Origin: Octopus vulgaris
Lineage: Eukaryota
Length of the DNA: 64,000 nt
NCBI GenBank assembly: GCA_951406725.2
Contig: OX597827.1
Coordinates: forward strand, 8,370,001-8,434,000
Reading direction: 5' to 3'
The number at the start of each line of letters is the position of its first letter. The stretch's first letter is position 1. A program made the position numbers and the translations under genes. The notes under the pieces were generated by a model. The model was given only the letters and a program-made list of their open reading frames with translations. It made no database searches and was not told the origin of the DNA. Shown piece after piece: positions 56,783 through 64,000 of the stretch.

Positions 56783-56883
<101 letters not shown>

Positions 56884-57255
56884 ATGTATGTATGGTATGT
56901 GAATGTGTAGCATTTAATTCCAAGCATTTGCCAGTCATATTTTGTTCCTTGTCCTCCAATGCTTTATATTTTTCTTTGTAATTATTTCTTTGTTATTTGT
57001 TCTCCAAGTATAAACATTCTTCCCTAACAAACAACAACACAATACATTTGGTTTGCATTTATCCATAAATGCAGATCTGAATAGGCAGAGGCAGGGCTTG
57101 GCTATGTGGTTAAGAAGCTTAATTTGTAAACTGTGTGGTTACAGGTTCAATACCTAGGGCAGGTGTCTTCCAGTGCACATCCCAGGCCAACCAACACCTT
57201 ATGAGTGAATTCAGTTGATGGAAACTGTTTAGAGGCCTATCATATATATATGCTT

Positions 57256-57294
<39 letters not shown>

Positions 57295-57471
57295 TGTGTC
57301 AGTGTGTTTGTCTTTCATCCTTTGACAATTAGTGTTGGTTTCTTTGTGCCACAGTCACTTAGCAGTTTGGCTAGAAGAAGACCGATAAGAACCAGGCTTG
57401 AGAAATAAGTACAGGGTATAATTCGAATGAGTAAATGCCTTCAAGGCAGTGCTTCAATCCACTGACTGAAG

Positions 57472-58115
57472 TGAAAGAATGAAGGAATGAAAGAATGAAG
57501 GAATGAAAGAATGAAGGAATGAAGGAATGAAATAATGAAGGAATGAAGGAATGAAGGAATGAAAGAATGAAGGAATGAAAGAATGAAGGAATGAAGGAAT
57601 GAAGGAATGAAAGAATGAAGTAATGAAAGAATGAAGGAATGAAAGAATGAAGAAATGAAAGAATGAAGGAATGAAAGAATGAAGGAATGAAAGAATGAAG
57701 GAATGAAAGAATGATGGAATGAAAGAATGAAGGAATGAAAGAATGAAGGAATGAAAGAAAGAAGGAATGAAAGAATGAAGGAATGAAAGAATGAAGGAAT
57801 GAAAGAATGATGGAATGAAAGAATGAAGGAATGAATGAACGAATGAAGGTATGAAGGAATGAAAATTGAAGGAATGAAAGAATGATGGAATGAAAGAATG
57901 AAGGAATGAAAGAATGAAGGAATGAAAGAATGAAGGAATGAAAGAATGAAGGAATGAAAGAATGAAGGAATGAAAGAAAGAAGGAATGAAAGAATGAAGG
58001 AATGAAAGAAAGAAGGAATGAAAGAATGAAGGAATGAAAGAAGGAAGGAATGAAAGAATGAAGGAATGAAAGAATGATGGAATGAAAGAATGAAGAAATG
58101 AAAGAATGAAGGAAT
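57472..58115. repeat. 8/16-bp satellite (GAAAGAATGAAGGAAT)n
   Basis: About 640 bp, directly visible. Confidence 0.95.
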
Positions 58116-58171
58116 GATGTATATATTAAGGCCATTTGTGATTTGGTTAACCTGTAAAGTAATCCTCCTAT

Positions 58172-58705
58172 TAGAATGGTTGTATACTGTCAATCTAACA
58201 CGAACGTGACAGTAGGAGATTACACCACCGCTGTTTTGCCCTAGGAAGCATCGGCGCCTCCTGATGGCTTTGATACATTTTTCCTGTGTCCTTATATACA
58301 TTTACGAAGGGGAGACAAATACCTCGTAAATGTATATAAGGACATAGGAAAAATGTGTCAAAGCCATCAGGAGGCGTTGATGCTTCCTAGGGCTAAACAG
58401 CGGTGGTGTACCCCCTATAAGGGCGGCGAGCTGGCAGAAACATTAGCACGCTGGGCGAAATGTTTAGTGGTATTTCGTCTGCGTTACGTTGTGAGTTCAA
58501 ATTCCACCGAGGTCGACTTTGCCTTTCATCCTTTCGGGGTCGATAAATTAAGTACCAGTTACGCACTGGGGTCGATGTAATCAAATTAATACCTATGTCT
58601 GTCCTTGTTTGTCCCCTCTGTGTTTAGCCCCTTGTGGGTAATAAAGAAATAGGTGTACCCCCTACTGTCACGTTCGTGTTAGATTGACAGTATACAACCA
58701 TTCTA
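58172..58705. mobile_element. Whole-element palindromic MITE (arms ~135 bp) with a SINE in the right arm
   Basis: 58172-58307 is the reverse complement of 58324-58417 plus 58665-58705. TA occurs at both ends. Confidence 0.85.
58421..58651 (+). mobile_element. Family B tRNA-derived SINE with 13-bp TSD
   Basis: A-box-like TGGCAGAAACATTAG and B box GAGTTCAAATTCC. TSD GGTGTACCCCCTA at 58405-58417 and 58652-58664. Confidence 0.92.
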
Positions 58706-59249
58706 TCGCCCCACCACTGTACATGTCTCCACGAGAGATTTAGAAATTTAGTATTTCTGAATCTTCCTATTGCCACGGTGGTAAGAGAGCAGGTAACTAG
58801 CATAAATAAATATTTCAAAGATAACTGCGAGACCCTAACACACAAAATTACATACACAAACATATGCATGCTGACATACACACATACATATACACACATA
58901 CACACATAAACACATACATATGCAGGTGTCTATGTAGAAATCTACACACATGCATACGCACTACACATATGAACACATAACTGTCATACTTCTAAATGTA
59001 ACTTGTAAGGTATGAGAACATTTATTGAGGCACTTTAGATGAAAAATATTCTTTGCTGAAGCTAATTATGATGTACCATGTACATATCTTGCGGTTGATA
59101 TATACATATATTAATATATATATATCATCATCATCATCATTGCCATATAACAGCTGTGTTCCATGCTGGCAAGGGTTGGATGGTTTGACATGGATCAGGA
59201 TCCAATGAATCAAGGACTGCATTATGCTCCATCCAATATATATATATAC

Positions 59250-59415
<166 letters not shown>

Positions 59416-59486
59416 AGATAAGAAAATGGAGAAATATCTATATATATATATAATATATATATATATAATTATGTGTATATATAATC

Positions 59487-59521
<35 letters not shown>

Positions 59522-59863
59522 CATATGTGTGTGTGTTTGTGCCCCACCGTCACTTCACAACAGTTGTTTGTTTGTTTATATTCCTGTAACTTAGCAGTTC
59601 AGCAAACAAGACCAAAATAATAGGTACCAAACTTAAACAAATAGCATTCCCACAGTCTAATGATAGAAACAAGTAAAAAAAGATCAGATTAAGTTATGAA
59701 AATAACAAGAACAACTAATTAGGGAGAAAATTAGCTTATATGAGCTGTTGTTCAAGTTTGTGCCAAGCTGGAGCACAACTGGTGTCTTGTTTCGTGTAAG
59801 TCAAACACAGGAGTAGTTCTTACAAAAGAGCTTCTCCACTGAACGTAGTATTTCTTTCCTTAA

Positions 59864-60084
59864 CCCTTTCATTACTGAATTTATTTTGTGATGCTCTGTG
59901 TTTCTTTCAATTATTTTAAATATAACAAAGGATTCAATAAAATAACTTTGTTATCATTCAGCTAGTGTTAAGAACATGAATTGCGAATAAGGTTTGGTGG
60001 AAGATTTTAATTCAAAACTTATGGAAACAAGACATGTATATTAAAGAGCAAGAGCCGGTTTCAGCCGGGTTGGTAACGAAAGGG
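59864..60084. mobile_element. piggyBac-like MITE (P1)
   Basis: TTAA|CCCTTTC...GAAAGGG|TTAA. Confidence 0.85.
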
Positions 60085-60368
60085 TTAAGGAAGATATTTG
60101 ACAATATTTCATGGTCTATAGTCTGATGGCCTTTAGAAAAAAAACTAGCCTCGTGAAACTTGTGGAAGCTACCTACAGTGATGCTGTTAGTAACGAGATC
60201 AGTAACTTGATGTGTTGACAGGAGTCCATCAGAGCTTGGTTCTCTATTGAAATATGTAATAGCAGAAATCAAGAGTTATTTGAATAAATCTAGCAAAGAA
60301 AAATGTTTAGTTATCAGGAAGAGGACCAGACTCTATTTAGATGTTAGAAGAGCCACATTCAATATGTA

Positions 60369-60920
60369 TTGGGTTGTCCGGAAAGTTCGTGCCAGTTTGT
60401 AAAGGAAAGAAAAAGGTCAATAAATACTTGTAATTACATTTTTAATCAACCAAATATGAACCATTTTGTTGCACAATGTGTCTTCATCTTTCCTTTAACT
60501 TGAAAATACCCTCTTCCCAGAATTTAGGTGGTTTCCTGGCAAAGAATTCATCAAGGTATCTTTTTACATCATCCAAGGAATTGAAATTTTTACCATTAAG
60601 ACCTGAATAAGTGGAAATCTGAAGGAGCAATATCTTGTGAATATGGAGGGTGAGGTAACACATCCCAGCCGAGCTGCAGCAATTTTTGTCTGGTTCCCAA
60701 AGCATCAAGTGCCGAAAATGAACTTTCTTATCTTCCATTTTAAAGGGTTACAGAATTAACACAGGTTATAGGATCATAAATCTTCTTCCACGAAAAGATA
60801 GCTTAAACAGTGCTCTAAATGGAGGTGTAGTCAAATCCTATTTTATGGACCCAACCATATTCTAAAATAAGTCAAAAGGTAAGTTACTATAAATCAGCAC
60901 GAACTTTCCGGACAACCCAG
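60369..60920 (-). mobile_element. Internally deleted mariner transposon
   Basis: TIRs TGGGTTGTCCGGAAAGTTCGTGC with TA TSDs. The N-terminus MEDKKVHFRHLMLW is joined to WDVLPHPPYSQDIAPSDFHLF (YSPDLAP-like) and LNGKNFNSLDDVKRYLDEFF...FWEEGIFKL. Confidence 0.92.
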
Positions 60921-61499
60921 TAGATAAATATGGAGAGTAGAATGTATGGATGTACAAGAGATATAGAGGGCTCAAAAGCAAGATTACAAGGAAAAGGATT
61001 TCAAATGTAGCAGGTGCACAGTAATTAGCAGTTAGCGCACCTAAGAAATTCATTCAAATGCTCAGAAGGTTTCCTAGAAGTTGTTCATAGTGTTGATGAT
61101 ATAATTAGCAATAGATTCTTCTGAAAATATATATTAGGCAGAGAAAGAATGAGCTGGAAAAAGTTGAGGCACTTCTTACTTCTACTGATAAAAAATAGGA
61201 TTGTATCTGAGTGATGTGCAGATTGTATAATACATGTATACAAAGTTTGAGTGGATAGGTACAAACCATGGACAATAAATATGGAAAATGTAGGAAAACT
61301 GGAATGAAGCCAGGTGAGTATGTTTGCTGAATGTGGAATGTTTAGTGCAATATGAACAACAGAGTACAACTGAGTACAAAGGAGCAGTGAGAAAAGCTTA
61401 TCATAAAAGAAATCAGCTTTAGTATGCAAGAGAGATGTGATGAAAGAAATACAAACTCCATATTAAGTCCTTCATTTAATCAAAGCTCATCCCAGGATG

Positions 61500-61727
61500 G
61501 GAGCTGGCAGAAACGTTAGCGCGCTGGACGAAATGCTTAGCGGTATTTCGTCTGCCGCTACGTTGTGAATTCAAATTCCGCTGAGGTCGACTTTGCCTTT
61601 CATCCTTTCGGGGTCGATAAATTAAGTACCAGTTACACACTGGGGTCGATGTAATCGACTTAATACCTATGTCTGTCCTTGTTTGTCCCCTCTATGTTTA
61701 GCCCCTTGTGGGTAATAAAGAAATAGG
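61500..61727 (+). mobile_element. Family B SINE
   Basis: Closely matches 58421-58651. Confidence 0.9.
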
Positions 61728-62411
61728 TATGAACATGTGAAAGATGATGTTTGATAGATGTGATCCAAGTGAAAGAAACCTTTGGAAAACAAAGACCTTG
61801 TGCCTTACCCAAGAACATAATGCAGCACACAGCATAGGACTGAATCCTCAACCTAAGCATGAGCCCAACATCCTAACAAGGATGTTAATAGTGGACTTAG
61901 GCAGACAGCAACTTCATAGAAGCTTACCATATGCAGACTCACATACATACGTACGTATGTACATACATACATACATACATACATACATTCATACATTCAT
62001 ACATACATACATACATACATACATACATTCATACATACATACATACATACGTACGTACATACATACATACATACATACTTTCATACATTCATACATACAT
62101 ACATACATACATACATACATACATACATACATACATACATACTTTCATACATTCATACATACATACATTCATACATACATACATACATGTGTATTGATAA
62201 ATTAATTATAAGAAGTTTTAGAATCTAGGCACATCAACATGTATGACACCAGAACTAACAAAAGACCATAACAAAAAGTTCATAATGAGATACAACAACC
62301 ATGAAGGTATCACATGTTGGTAGGATAGTGCAGATATGTAGATATGTAAGCACCAAATGCAATATAAACTGCAGATCCAACTTAATCTTGGTTCCAGGTG
62401 CAGTGTAGGAT

Positions 62412-62624
62412 GAACACAAATGGAGTTTAAAATTTACAACAGCTGTTTCGGTAGAATTTTATGTATTCATAGATTACATCACAACATAAACGAGTGACGT
62501 AAAACCTCAATGATGATATATCCAACAAAAAACATATCAGAATTATTCTATGATGTGATCTATGAATACATCAATAAAATTCTACTGAAACAACTGTTGT
62601 AAATTTTAAACCTCATTTGTGTTC
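62412..62624. repeat. Imperfect ~70-bp inverted repeat with ~70-bp spacer
   Basis: 62412-62481 versus 62551-62624. Confidence 0.8.
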
Positions 62625-62627
62625 TGT

Positions 62628-62697
<70 letters not shown>

Positions 62698-62749
62698 AAA
62701 TTGAAAAAGGAAAATACGCACACTTACATGGTTTTAATATAATTTTTAA

Positions 62750-62786
62750 TATATCAACCGGTTTCACTATTGTTATTCACGATATA
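62750..62786 (-). ncRNA. Candidate minimal type I hammerhead-like motif, G3/U8 core variant
   Basis: Minus strand reads TATATC-GTGAATA-AC-AATA-GT-GAAA-CCGG-TT-GATATA. Stem I is 6 bp, stem II is 2 bp, stem III is the palindrome ACCGGT and the triplet is GUU. It sits in a (TA)n-flanked island. Confidence 0.5.
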
Positions 62787-63608
62787 ATGTTTAATTTATA
62801 TGAAAATTAATTTTTTCTTAAGAAGGAATTTGGTCCATGTTGTTTGTGATGAAATATATATATATATATATGCATATATATGTGTGTGTGTGTAAAATCA
62901 TCACCATCATCATCGCTATCATACAATATTCATGCTTGCATGGGTCAGTTGGAATTTGTTAAGACATATTCTCTACAGCCAGATGCCCTTCCTTTTGCCA
63001 ACTCTCACTTGTTTCCAAGTTCGGTAATATTTCTCTATGACATACTTTCACAGAAGACTAGAAGCAAGCAACATCATTTGCACGTTGGTGCTGCTCATTT
63101 GCAATCATTACATGATGTGAGGACAAGGGTATACTCAAACACATATACACACATCTTCATCACTTAACATCATCATTTAACATCCGTTTTCCATGCTAGC
63201 ATGGGTTGGACGATTCGACTGATGACTGGCGAACCAGATGGCTGCACCAGACTCCAATCTTGATCTTGCAGAGTTTCTACAGCTGAATGCCCTTCCTAAC
63301 GCCAAACCACTCCGAGAGTGTAGTGGGTGCTTTTACGTGCCACCGGCACGAGGGCAAGTCTGGCAGTACTGGCAACACACATATACATATATATTAATAT
63401 TGATGACAGGCTTCTTTCATTTTCCTTCTAACAAATCTAGTCACAAGACTTTGATCAGCTTTTGGTTATAGTCGAAGACATTTGCCCTAGGTATTGCACT
63501 GTGGGACTAAACCTGAGACCACTTTGTTAGGGAGCAAACTCCTTATGAATGTGTGTGCGTGTGTGTATATATATATATACAGGCGGTGGATGTATATATA
63601 TATATACA

Positions 63609-63838
63609 GGCAGTGAGCTGGCAGAAACGTTAGCGTGCCGGGCAAAATGCTTAGCGGTATTTCGTCTGTCGTTATGTTCTGAGTTCAAATTCTGCCGAGG
63701 TTGACTTTGCCTTTCATCCTTTCGGGGTTGATCAATAAAATACCAGTTTCGCACTGGGGTCGATGTAATCGACTTAATCCCTTTGTCTGTCTTTGTTTGT
63801 CCCCTCTATGTTTAGCCCCTTGTGGGTAGTAAAGAAAT
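63609..63838 (+). mobile_element. Family B SINE
   Basis: Closely matches 58421-58651. Confidence 0.9.
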
Positions 63839-64000
63839 ATATATATACATATATACATGTGTGTGTGTGTATACATATATGTATACACATACACAGACTC
63901 TTATGTACACCCATCCACACACACACACAAAAAGAAAGATACATATACATTTATTATGCTTACACATATAGATGGATAGATTGGCAGACAGATAGTCAGA

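Noticed and set aside
60090-61480. Minus-strand ORFs around the mariner
   Set aside because: These are probably a heavily decayed LINE. The motifs are too degraded to call and do not indicate a host gene.

Overview
This is AT-rich, repeat-saturated eukaryotic DNA. The microsatellite load and SINE repertoire suggest an octopus or other coleoid cephalopod (inference). It is most likely intronic or intergenic, and no complete gene is present. Almost all ORFs in the supplied track are microsatellite translations. The window holds at least five dispersed SINE-like families (labelled A-E here), decayed LINE fragments (RTE, CR1-like, R4/Dong-like), mariner, piggyBac-like and hAT-like non-autonomous DNA elements, two non-autonomous Helitrons and a probable solo LTR. 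Two short minus-strand exon candidates may belong to an unidentified host gene. The most notable signal is three unrelated Penelope-type minimal hammerhead ribozyme motifs in (TA)n-flanked islands, each with a non-canonical core. Two of them change both partners of the C3-G8 pair. Also notable are an inversion inferred from a split mariner MITE between two inverted CR1 copies, several long foldback elements, and a 25-bp templated capture at a retrotransposon 5' junction. All calls were made by eye, with no database search or folding calculation. Repeat boundaries are approximate unless termini or TSDs are quoted.
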